DNA from: an uncultured Clostridia bacterium
Lineage (GTDB): Bacteria > Bacillota > Clostridia > Oscillospirales > CAG-272
DNA: 64,000 nucleotides
Assembly (NCBI GenBank): GCA_944391815.1
Contig: CALXUV010000020.1
Coordinates: 7,081 to 71,080, forward strand
Reading direction: 5' to 3'
Under the pieces are notes generated by a model. That model saw nothing but the letters and a program-made list of their open reading frames with translations, searched no databases and had not been told where the DNA came from. Within the stretch, counting starts at the first letter, position 1; every line of letters starts with the position of its first letter. The translations under genes were made by a program, and so were the position numbers. Below are positions 39,203-47,754 of this stretch, in pieces.

Positions 39203-40126
39203 ATGAAAAAGTTGAATTTGCGCATATCCGTAATTAAAACCGGCATTTTGAAATTTCTGAAAAAATTCAAACTTTCAAATTTCGTTTTTCTGTTTTTTGC
39301 CGGTGTTATAAACGGATTCGGTGTTACTTTTTTCCTTTCGCCTGTCAGCCTTTACGACAGCGGAATTTCCGGAACATCCATGCTGCTCGCTCAGATCACT
39401 CCCGAATATCTTACTCTTTCTTTTTTCCTGCTGATTCTCAACATACCGCTTTTTATTTACGGTCTTAAAAAACAGGGAATAGTGTTTACCGTCAGTTCGA
39501 TATTCGTTGTAACGATTTATTCCATTACCGCATGGCTTATAAGCGATGTTTTTCCGGTTGACGTCAGCGTCACTTCCCCTCTTGCGGGAGAGGATCTGCT
39601 TCTCTGTGCCTTATTCGGAGGAGTAATATCCGGACTCGGAAGCGGTCTTGCCATACGTTTCGGCGGAGCTATGGACGGTATTGAAGTAATGGCTGTCATT
39701 TTTTCAAAAAGGATAGGCATAAGCGTCGGAACTTTCGTAATGATTTATAACGTATTGCTTTACGTTACCTGCGGAATTCTTTCTGTCAGCTGGATTCTGC
39801 CTTTGTATTCAATAATAGCGTATTCGGCCGGACTGAAAACCGTCGACTTTATTGTTGAAGGTCTGGACCGGGCAAAATCCGCCATGATAATCACCGTTAA
39901 ACCCGAACAGATCTGCTCGGCGGTTTCGGCAGAATTCAAATGCGGAGTTACCACAATGCAGGCAAAGGGTTACTACGCCGGCTCGAACAGAACGGTTGTT
40001 TATGTTGTGATAAACCGTTTTCAGCTTGGAAAGCTCAAAGCATTGGTACACGAAAACGATCCCTCCGCCTACGTCACTGTTTCAGATGTTGCGGATGTGA
40101 TTTCAGCAAATAAAACCAAAAACTGA
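39203..40126 (+). CDS. YitT-family membrane protein
   Basis: DSGISG, LNIPLF, GGAMDG, C-terminal DUF2179-like GVT...KGYY...DPSA. Confidence 0.88.
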   Translation: MKKLNLRISVIKTGILKFLKKFKLSNFVFLFFAGVINGFGVTFFLSPVSLYDSGISGTSMLLAQITPEYLTLSFFLLILNIPLFIYGLKKQGIVFTVSSIFVVTIYSITAWLISDVFPVDVSVTSPLAGEDLLLCALFGGVISGLGSGLAIRFGGAMDGIEVMAVIFSKRIGISVGTFVMIYNVLLYVTCGILSVSWILPLYSIIAYSAGLKTVDFIVEGLDRAKSAMIITVKPEQICSAVSAEFKCGVTTMQAKGYYAGSNRTVVYVVINRFQLGKLKALVHENDPSAYVTVSDVADVISANKTKN

Positions 40127-40212
40127 ATAAACAGCATCTTAACCGCAAATTAAGTATACCCCAAAAATAAAAGGTTGACTTTTTCGGCGGATTATGATAA
40201 AATCTGCTTGAA

Positions 40213-40224
40213 GCAATCGATTAC
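40213..40224. promoter_or_regulatory. LacI-type operator candidate just downstream of the GH88 promoter
   Basis: GCAATCGATTAC near-palindrome with central CG, about 10 nt after TTGACT-N17-TAAAAT. Confidence 0.45.
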
Positions 40225-40261
40225 GTTCAATAATCAGAATAACAAAAAAGGAGATTAGATT

Positions 40262-41449
40262 ATGATACCTGCCATACCGGCCATATCCGATCCCGCAAAA
40301 TATGCGGACTTTGACCTTCCGAAGGAAAAACTTCAGTATGCTCTCAGCGAAGCCGTTAAGAAAATCGACTTTGCACTTCCTGATTTTACCGACAACTTCC
40401 CGTCACATGCCAGTGTTAACAATGTCTACACAAAAGACAAGAACACAGGAGGATGGAATACCGGATTCTGGACCGGTATCCTCTGGCACGCCTATCAGAT
40501 GACCGGCAACGAAAAGTATAAGGACGTTGCGCTTTCGCAGATTGAGTCATACCATCACAGAATAGTCAATAAAATCGGTGTAAATCACCACGATATGGGC
40601 TTTGTTTTTATTCCCTCTTGCGTAGCCGCCTGGAAAATATGCAAAGACGAAAAGGCACGCGAAGCTGCCATTCTCGCTGCTGACAATCTCATTTCCAGAT
40701 ATCACGAAAAAGGTAAATTCATTCAGGCATGGGGCAATATCAATGACCCGAACGATTTCAGACTTATCGTTGACTGTCTGCTGAACATTCCCCTTCTTTA
40801 CTGGGCAAGCAAAGAAACCGGCGATCCGAAGTACGAAACAATCGCTTACAATCATTTCAACACCACAATAGACGTTTGTTGCCGTGCTGATGCAAGTACA
40901 TACCATACCTATTACTTCGATCCCGAAACCGGTAAACCGAAGAAAGGAGTTACCGCGCAGGGAGCGTCCGATGAGTCAGCTTGGGCAAGAGGTCAGACAT
41001 GGGGAATTTACGGACCGCTGCTTACTTACATTTACAAGAAAAACGAAAAAGCCATGAACGTTTTCAAGGCTACCACAAACTACTACCTTAACCACCTACC
41101 GAAGGACTACATCGCTTTCTGGGATCTGAGCTTTACCGACGGAGACGATGAACCCCGCGACTCCTCTTCCGACGCTATTGCGATGTGCGGTATGCTGGAA
41201 GGCATAAAATACATGGACGAGAGCGACCCGCTCCGCCGCATTTATGTCAATGCCTGCAAACGCATTATGAATTCTCTTATCGACAATTACCTGACAAAGG
41301 ATATTCCGGAGTCAAACGGACTTCTTCTTCACGCTACATACTCCAAACCTCATAAAAACGGCGTAGATGAAATGAATATCTGGGGTGACTACTTCTATAT
41401 GGAAGCTCTCCACAGGATGCTCAGTCCCGACTGGGAGCTCTATTGGTAA
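40262..41449 (+). CDS. ugl: Unsaturated glucuronyl hydrolase (GH88)
   Basis: WNTGFWTG, HHDMGF, IQAWG, IVDCLLN, WARGQTW, RDSS, WGDYFYMEAL. Confidence 0.92.
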   Translation: MIPAIPAISDPAKYADFDLPKEKLQYALSEAVKKIDFALPDFTDNFPSHASVNNVYTKDKNTGGWNTGFWTGILWHAYQMTGNEKYKDVALSQIESYHHRIVNKIGVNHHDMGFVFIPSCVAAWKICKDEKAREAAILAADNLISRYHEKGKFIQAWGNINDPNDFRLIVDCLLNIPLLYWASKETGDPKYETIAYNHFNTTIDVCCRADASTYHTYYFDPETGKPKKGVTAQGASDESAWARGQTWGIYGPLLTYIYKKNEKAMNVFKATTNYYLNHLPKDYIAFWDLSFTDGDDEPRDSSSDAIAMCGMLEGIKYMDESDPLRRIYVNACKRIMNSLIDNYLTKDIPESNGLLLHATYSKPHKNGVDEMNIWGDYFYMEALHRMLSPDWELYW

Positions 41450-41584
41450 TCTGATTTCCGATTAAATAATCCCTGCGAATATAGAGCAGATCCGTAAGAA
41501 CGGGGCTGCTTACATCCGCAGGGATTTTCAATCTGATTGTCTGTGTAGTTTTCGTGTAACTGACAGATTGCAAAATAATTCCAC

Positions 41585-41624
41585 AAAAAAGACAAGGTGA
41601 ATAATTCTTTACCTTGTCTTTTTG
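41585..41624. terminator. Bidirectional terminator
   Basis: AAAAAGACAAGGTGAA...TTTACCTTGTCTTTTT between convergent genes. Confidence 0.8.
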
Positions 41625-41703
41625 TTCTTTCAAATAGATGACTTGACACTTTTCGCAAATTACATTTCCATTAGCTACGGTGTCATCTTTAAATACTTAA
41701 CCG

Positions 41704-43518
41704 TCATTCAACCGTGAATTCTTTTTCACAGCTGTCAAAAGTACCTTTAAGGTGAATTCTGTAAAGCTCCTTACGGTGCCACTTTTTCTCAATACCTATG
41801 TCCCCGACCTCAAATTCTTCAATTTCGGGTTTCAGGGTTGCATCAAAATACAATGTCCTGCCCATCGGAAGAGATATTTTTCCCTCTCCGGCAATTTCGG
41901 GTTTTTCACAGCACATAAAATGGAAGTCAACTTCTTTTGGTTCAACCAGCTTAATACTGTCTTTAATGTGAACCTTTCCGTCCGTAAGAACTGTTTCTCT
42001 TATATAACTTTCAATGCCGGAGTCGGAAGGAAATGCGTTGGTTATGTTCATCTTAACGCCGCCGGTCTGCTCATCGTATACCTCGTCACAGGAAGCAAAC
42101 TGCTTTCCGTTCTTTTCCTGAACGCCTCCTATATCGGCAACATTGTGATAAGCTGACTGCATAAACCAAAGCTTATATCTATCGGCCGAAAAAGTCTGTT
42201 TTGTATACTCGCCTGCACCCGTATCAATAAATACCGGATTTCCGTCATAGTAAACCACAACGTTTCCGACATCGTTATGATTGTGCGATTCGGCGTTGTT
42301 TCCGCCCTTCATAGCCACAAACATCCCTTTACCCGGGTTATTGCTTTCTCTTGCCGCCATAACCTTCAGATCCGGGAACCATATTTTTGTTTCGGCATAA
42401 TCTGTGCACTCGGCAGGAGTTTCTTTAATCAGATTTCTGTAACCTCTGTAACAGTGTCCGTATGAAATTCCCCCGTCGGCAACTATCGCCATCTTGTCTC
42501 CGAATGATTTAAGCGACTCTGAACCGCACTTTTCTCCCATTCTCCTCAGCATTATACCGTCATGATGGCAAACCGGAGAACAGTCGGCAAAGTTGATAAA
42601 CCGTCTTTCGTAAATATTGAATTTAACTATGTATTCCATCATAGCTTTTACAAGAGGTTCATCGTAAATGTCTATCTTGCCGCCCGTCATATCGTAAAGG
42701 AGTTCCAAGCTGTCAAAATATGACGCACCTGCCGCTCCCCAGTAACCGGGCCCCTCGTCGCATCCACCGTCCGGCATATACCCGTCAGTAAAGTTGTCAA
42801 GGTGAGAGATTGCCTTTTCCACTACTTTTTTTCTCGTATAGAGATCAGGTTCCGTTACCGCTACCGTGAAAAGCACGTTTGAAGTTATCCACGGACACCA
42901 GTTGTTGACTGAATTTCCCCTCTCACCGCTCCAACCGAAAACACAGTTAAGATACGGCTTTGTTGTTCTGTCTTTCAGCATGTAAAGAAGTTTTTCGTTA
43001 ATAAGAGGGGCAATAGCGTCAAATTTGTCTTTGCAAAGCATGTAAACAAGGGTCAGAGAAGCGGCTGTTGACGCTGAAAAAAGATCTATTCCGTGCAGTC
43101 TTTCTTCGTTGAAAACCGGAGGCAGTCCCCACTCCGAGTGAGTAGGATTACGGCTGAGATGAGCCGGGATTATCCAGGTTGATTCTTCCATTATTGCCCA
43201 AACCACATCCAGCAGCTTTCCGGTAAATCGACCTTGATTTTCGTATGCTTCCGCTACTGCAAGCTCAAGAGCCATTGTCCGTCTTTTGAAGTAAATATCC
43301 TGATAATGCGAGCGATTGCCGTTTATTTTGTATTCGAGATAAACGGTTGCCGGAAGGACCGGAAGCTGATATTCAAGATAGGATTCCGCTTTTTTTACGA
43401 TTTTGTCGATTTTTTCAGGGCAGAATTTTATCTCCTTTTCGTCTGCGCATAGCCTGAAATCCTCAAGTTTCAGTACGTTCTGTGCCGTTATTTTTCTTTC
43501 TTTGAAAAGTCTTGGCAT
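41704..43518 (-). CDS. Heparinase II/III-like polysaccharide lyase (paralog of 34831-36627)
   Basis: WIIPAH, IDLFSAST, NNWCPWI, DGGCDEGPGYW, KGGNNAESHNHNDVG. Confidence 0.82.
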   Translation of the reverse strand: MPRLFKERKITAQNVLKLEDFRLCADEKEIKFCPEKIDKIVKKAESYLEYQLPVLPATVYLEYKINGNRSHYQDIYFKRRTMALELAVAEAYENQGRFTGKLLDVVWAIMEESTWIIPAHLSRNPTHSEWGLPPVFNEERLHGIDLFSASTAASLTLVYMLCKDKFDAIAPLINEKLLYMLKDRTTKPYLNCVFGWSGERGNSVNNWCPWITSNVLFTVAVTEPDLYTRKKVVEKAISHLDNFTDGYMPDGGCDEGPGYWGAAGASYFDSLELLYDMTGGKIDIYDEPLVKAMMEYIVKFNIYERRFINFADCSPVCHHDGIMLRRMGEKCGSESLKSFGDKMAIVADGGISYGHCYRGYRNLIKETPAECTDYAETKIWFPDLKVMAARESNNPGKGMFVAMKGGNNAESHNHNDVGNVVVYYDGNPVFIDTGAGEYTKQTFSADRYKLWFMQSAYHNVADIGGVQEKNGKQFASCDEVYDEQTGGVKMNITNAFPSDSGIESYIRETVLTDGKVHIKDSIKLVEPKEVDFHFMCCEKPEIAGEGKISLPMGRTLYFDATLKPEIEEFEVGDIGIEKKWHRKELYRIHLKGTFDSCEKEFTVE

Positions 43519-43635
43519 TTTTGCTTACCTCCGCTTTTTTTCTTAATTATACTACCGTGCTCTTTTGGAGTCAATAGCGAGGAGTCAAAGTTGTGCATTA
43601 CCTACAAACATTTTTGACGTTTTAGACGAAAAAAG

Positions 43636-45777
43636 TCAGCTGATCGTATACCTGCACTCTATTTTATGAGTACGGGACTCAGGAAACTCAAAATAAAGAT
43701 GATATTGCTCCGGCTTTGTGACATGATACTCTTCCGGCTCGCTTTCGTTTATATCCACATCGAATTTATTCGTTGTAAAAACGCCGGACGGCTGTTCTCC
43801 TGTCATTTTTATACTCAGCCTGACGCCATTTTCAACTTCCGCCTCATTTCCCGTGACAGTAAACGGATTTACAGAATGAAGCGGATATGTAACCGTCAGC
43901 GGCTCCCTGCTTTCAATTTCATCCGTTATTATTAGCTCTCCGTCTGTCATTCTGAATTTTCTTACCCATCTGACATCCAGTGGATACGCCATTCCGGCTT
44001 CGGTTTCTGCATAAAAAACGCTACCGTCCTGTCTGCACTCATTTATTTTCCCTATCGCCTTATGGCTTCTTTCATACTGTCCTTTGCCGTTGAAAAGCAG
44101 GGCGTTGTGGGCTTTTGTAGTACATAGCCATCCGAAATGATGACGGGAGCCGTACTGTCTTCCGAAATAACCCGACGGAGAAATGAGCGCCTTTCCTGCG
44201 TAAAACAGTGCAAAAGAACTCTGATCGGGGTGTCTGTGACTGTCAGAGCCGAACCTTGAAGCCCTGATCTGCAAAGCAAAATCTTTTTTTATGTTTTTCA
44301 GATCGGTATGAATACTGATAAAGCCGGTATCTGGAAAAACCTCCATATTATTTGCGTCATTTGCAAGTTTTCTGTCCATGTTTTCGGGCAATTTCATAAA
44401 GATATCAAGAAGATGCAGTCTGTAATAGTCAGGTGCGGCATATTTTTCACTGAGCGCACGTGCGTAATCCGAGCCGAACATTTCAGCATAAACCCGATAC
44501 GGATTCTGACAGAAAAATCCGGGCCATTCCTCGTCCGTGCTTTTGCACCAGTAGCCGTCACCGAACGGATGAAGCTGATACTCAGGATTTGCAAAATGGA
44601 TAAGATATTTTATCAGGTTCCTGTAAAACGGTTTATCAAAAAAGCTTTTTCCGGTAAACCTTTCCGCCATGCAGAAAAAAGGAAGATACCATCTTGTATA
44701 CGACGTGCAGTAAAATGCGCCCTCTGCCCATCCCCCGTCGCTTCCGCCGTAATATGGGAATATTCCCGTGTATATTTCGGTTGCGTATCCGATCCACCTT
44801 TCAAGTGTTTCCTTATCCGCTACTTTTCCGTACCTGAGTATCATTGCGCATTCGGCAAGATAAGCCGGAAGTCTGCCGGCGTGAGAGTCTCCGGGATTCT
44901 GACAGTAATCAAGTCTTCTTAAACGGTATTCGCACTGAATTCCATAGCAATATATCGTCCACTCCGCAAGATCTCTTTCCCCTTCGCTGAAAAGCGGATA
45001 CAAAAGATCATAAACCGTCGGCAGTACGCGTGCGTTGCTCAGTCCTACTTCGTCACCGTATTTTCCTACTATCGATGCAGGTCCGTTCGGAGTCATTGAG
45101 CATATCCGCAGAAAAAGATTTTTGCTGTGTTTTCCGGCTTTTTCGTCGCCTGTCAGGGCATACAAAAGCGCCGTTGCAACCATATCCCTGTCGCAGTAAT
45201 CACGGTATTTTCCGAAATATTCACGGTAAGGCAATGCTTTTTCGTCAAGATGAAACTCCGGATATTCAAACATTCCGTTTTTATACGCCAGCCTTACATT
45301 TCGTTTCAAGGTTTCAAGTTCCTTGTTTTTCTTTTCAAGTATTTCCGGAATATCCTCTTTGAAAAAAAGCGTTCTCGGGTGAACATCCGGAACAGAATCG
45401 AAAATTTCCTTTGCGGTCGGAGGATTGAAAATAATAGCTTCCGACGAAACTTTGAATCTCACCCACCCTTTTTCACGTAACCCGGAAACCACATTCCATT
45501 CATATTCACCGGCTTCAAATTGTTTGTCCGGCAGACAGTAATTTTTATCCGTTGTTTTTTCAAAATACTTTTTTCCGTCCTTTGTTACCGTCAGGGTATA
45601 ATTGTCGCACCCTTCATTTAAGAGCCAGATAAAACACGGAGGATTACTGAAAACGGTCCGGTTTTCAACAGGAAACGGAAAAACCTCTTTTGCGGACACT
45701 CTTTCACTTCTGAGGCGGTTGTCTCCGATTACACCTATCGTGTTACAGTTTGGAGTCTGCAGTTTTTTCTCACTCAC
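43636..45777 (-). CDS. DUF4962 + heparinase II/III domain exo-lyase (PL15-like)
   Basis: N-terminal NPP.F.W, HPR, GDSHAGR, DGGWAEG..Y, FGD, SHRHPDQ, TKAHN; GTG start. Confidence 0.75.
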   Translation of the reverse strand: MSEKKLQTPNCNTIGVIGDNRLRSERVSAKEVFPFPVENRTVFSNPPCFIWLLNEGCDNYTLTVTKDGKKYFEKTTDKNYCLPDKQFEAGEYEWNVVSGLREKGWVRFKVSSEAIIFNPPTAKEIFDSVPDVHPRTLFFKEDIPEILEKKNKELETLKRNVRLAYKNGMFEYPEFHLDEKALPYREYFGKYRDYCDRDMVATALLYALTGDEKAGKHSKNLFLRICSMTPNGPASIVGKYGDEVGLSNARVLPTVYDLLYPLFSEGERDLAEWTIYCYGIQCEYRLRRLDYCQNPGDSHAGRLPAYLAECAMILRYGKVADKETLERWIGYATEIYTGIFPYYGGSDGGWAEGAFYCTSYTRWYLPFFCMAERFTGKSFFDKPFYRNLIKYLIHFANPEYQLHPFGDGYWCKSTDEEWPGFFCQNPYRVYAEMFGSDYARALSEKYAAPDYYRLHLLDIFMKLPENMDRKLANDANNMEVFPDTGFISIHTDLKNIKKDFALQIRASRFGSDSHRHPDQSSFALFYAGKALISPSGYFGRQYGSRHHFGWLCTTKAHNALLFNGKGQYERSHKAIGKINECRQDGSVFYAETEAGMAYPLDVRWVRKFRMTDGELIITDEIESREPLTVTYPLHSVNPFTVTGNEAEVENGVRLSIKMTGEQPSGVFTTNKFDVDINESEPEEYHVTKPEQYHLYFEFPESRTHKIECRYTIS

Positions 45778-46319
45778 TTTTCAGTCTCCTTTTTTTCGTT
45801 CCATAAATATTCTCCGGTTTGCGGGTCAATTCTTCCGACTTTTTTTGCGGGCACGCCGGCAAGTATTGAATATTCGGGAAAGCTTTTTGTGACGACTGCA
45901 CCGGCACACACCAAAGTCGAGCGTCCGAGCTTTACCCCCGGCGTTACGGTTACGTTGCTGGCAAGCCAGCATCCTTCTCCTATCACCACGCTGTCATCGC
46001 CATCCTTTTCCGTTCTTGCCGAAAACCATCCGGTTTCCGGATCGAATTTGTGATTGCCTGCAACCACCGAACAGTGAGGACCGATTAGCGTATTGTCGCC
46101 TACCGTTACGTTTCCGTTTAAATAACTGTAAAGGCCTATGAAAACATTCTCGCCTATCTGCTCCGCCGGAATACGTATGTTTGCACCCGGAGCAACCTGT
46201 ATCCGTCTGCCGCCAAGCCCAAGTATTTCCGCCCTTTTTTCATTATCGTGCTGATTGTTTGTAAGGTGATTGTACTCGGTAAGCACTCTGAAAAGCTCAT
46301 CGTCCATTTTTATATTCAT
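45774..46319 (-). CDS. Hexapeptide-repeat (left-handed beta-helix) acyltransferase
   Basis: IGENVFIG, VGDNTLIG, GNHKFD, IGEGCWL, AGAVVTK, AGVPAK. Confidence 0.88.
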   Translation of the reverse strand: MNIKMDDELFRVLTEYNHLTNNQHDNEKRAEILGLGGRRIQVAPGANIRIPAEQIGENVFIGLYSYLNGNVTVGDNTLIGPHCSVVAGNHKFDPETGWFSARTEKDGDDSVVIGEGCWLASNVTVTPGVKLGRSTLVCAGAVVTKSFPEYSILAGVPAKKVGRIDPQTGEYLWNEKKETEK

Positions 46320-46354
46320 AATGTTTCCCCCGTTTTCTGCATTTCTTCGGGGCA

Positions 46355-46481
46355 ATTATAGCATCTTTCGTTTTTTTTGTCAACACTAAGAAAATTCTGA
46401 AATCTTCAGACACCGTTTACCTTCATCATATCATTGTGCCCTTTTTACGGTCTTGACAAAAAAACGTTTTTTGGTTATTAT
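46355..46481. promoter_or_regulatory. Divergent sigma-A promoter pair
   Basis: Minus: TTGACA-N17-TATAAT (46383-46355); plus: TTGACA-N17-TATTAT (46453-46481). Confidence 0.75.
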
Positions 46482-46561
46482 GTTGGCGGATATTCAAGAC
46501 TTAAACTGAAAATATTAAATTCAGACACAAACCGAATAAATGTATGTAAAAGGAGTTTGAT

Positions 46562-47563
46562 ATGAACGGAAGCGAAAGATTTTCAGCTATCATGAACGGC
46601 AAAAAACCGGACAGACTTCCGGTGATCGAGTGGGCACCGTGGTGGAATCTGACTGTGCAAAGATGGGAAAACGAAGGACTTCAGACAAAATTCAGAACAT
46701 ACCGAGATATTTATAACATCCAGCGCGAGCTGGGGCTTGACGGTTGTATACAGACTTTTTTCAATGTGAGAACCGCTCTGACTCCAAAAGCCGCACACCG
46801 CGGAGCCGGCATCATCACCGATGAAAGCGATTACGACAAAATCAAAGAGACAATGTACCCTGACCCGGAAAAAATGTTTCCTTCCGAGCATTACAGCTGG
46901 CTCGAGTCGGTTCATGCGGACGGTGACAGTATTGCGTTTTTCAGCGTGGAGGGATTTTTCTGGTTTGCACGGGAAATTTTCGGAATTGAACCGCATCTTT
47001 ACAGCTTTTACGATTACCCGGAGCTTCTTGACAGAATGTGCACCGATTACGCCGAATGGCTTGAAAAGGTACTGCCTTACATCTGCAACAGATTCCGGTT
47101 CGACTTTATGAGTTTTGCCGAGGATATGAGCTATAACAACGGTCCGATGCTCGGAAAAGAGCTTTTCGACGAGTTCCTCGCCCCTTATTATAAAAGAGTG
47201 ATACCTATTCTCAAAAAATACAATGTGCCGGTTTTCATCGACAGCGACGGAGACATTACAAAAGCAGTGGATTGGTATTCGGAAGTGGGGGCTGACGGAA
47301 TGTTTCCGCTTGAAAGACAGGCGGGAGTTGACGTTAAAGTTTACATTGAAAAGCACCCGGAAATGGCTTTCCTCGGCCATTTTGACAAAATGTGCATGAA
47401 ATTCGGAGAAGAAGCTATGCGCAAGGAATTTATCCGCCTTATGCCTTCCTGGCAAAACGGTAAGCTTATTCCGTCCGTCGATCACCAGACACCGCCTGAC
47501 GTCAGTCTTGACAATTACAGAATATTTGTGCGTCTGTTTAAAGAGTACTCCGTAAAAATCTGA
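46562..47563 (+). CDS. Uroporphyrinogen decarboxylase / MtaA-CmuA-like TIM-barrel protein
   Basis: ERF.A.M....PDR.P, EDMSYNNGP, F.EF..PYY, DSDGD, PLERQAG, G.FDK, PSVDH. Confidence 0.8.
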   Translation: MNGSERFSAIMNGKKPDRLPVIEWAPWWNLTVQRWENEGLQTKFRTYRDIYNIQRELGLDGCIQTFFNVRTALTPKAAHRGAGIITDESDYDKIKETMYPDPEKMFPSEHYSWLESVHADGDSIAFFSVEGFFWFAREIFGIEPHLYSFYDYPELLDRMCTDYAEWLEKVLPYICNRFRFDFMSFAEDMSYNNGPMLGKELFDEFLAPYYKRVIPILKKYNVPVFIDSDGDITKAVDWYSEVGADGMFPLERQAGVDVKVYIEKHPEMAFLGHFDKMCMKFGEEAMRKEFIRLMPSWQNGKLIPSVDHQTPPDVSLDNYRIFVRLFKEYSVKI

Positions 47564-47754
47564 AAAAACACCCGAGGTCAACAAATACCGGACTGAATCG
47601 GGTACTTGATATTCCGTTTCCACAGTAAGCGATTTAAGAACAGAAAGCGATATAATGACTTGCAGGACTGTGATGCCTGAATGTTATTTTCAAGAAAACA
47701 TAACCACAGTAAACTTGTTCTCATGAAATAATCTTAGAGAAAGGAGATTATACG

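Noticed and set aside
46583-47623. 346-aa antisense ORF
   Set aside because: Shadows the URO-D-like gene almost exactly and has no motifs; a typical codon-bias mirror ORF
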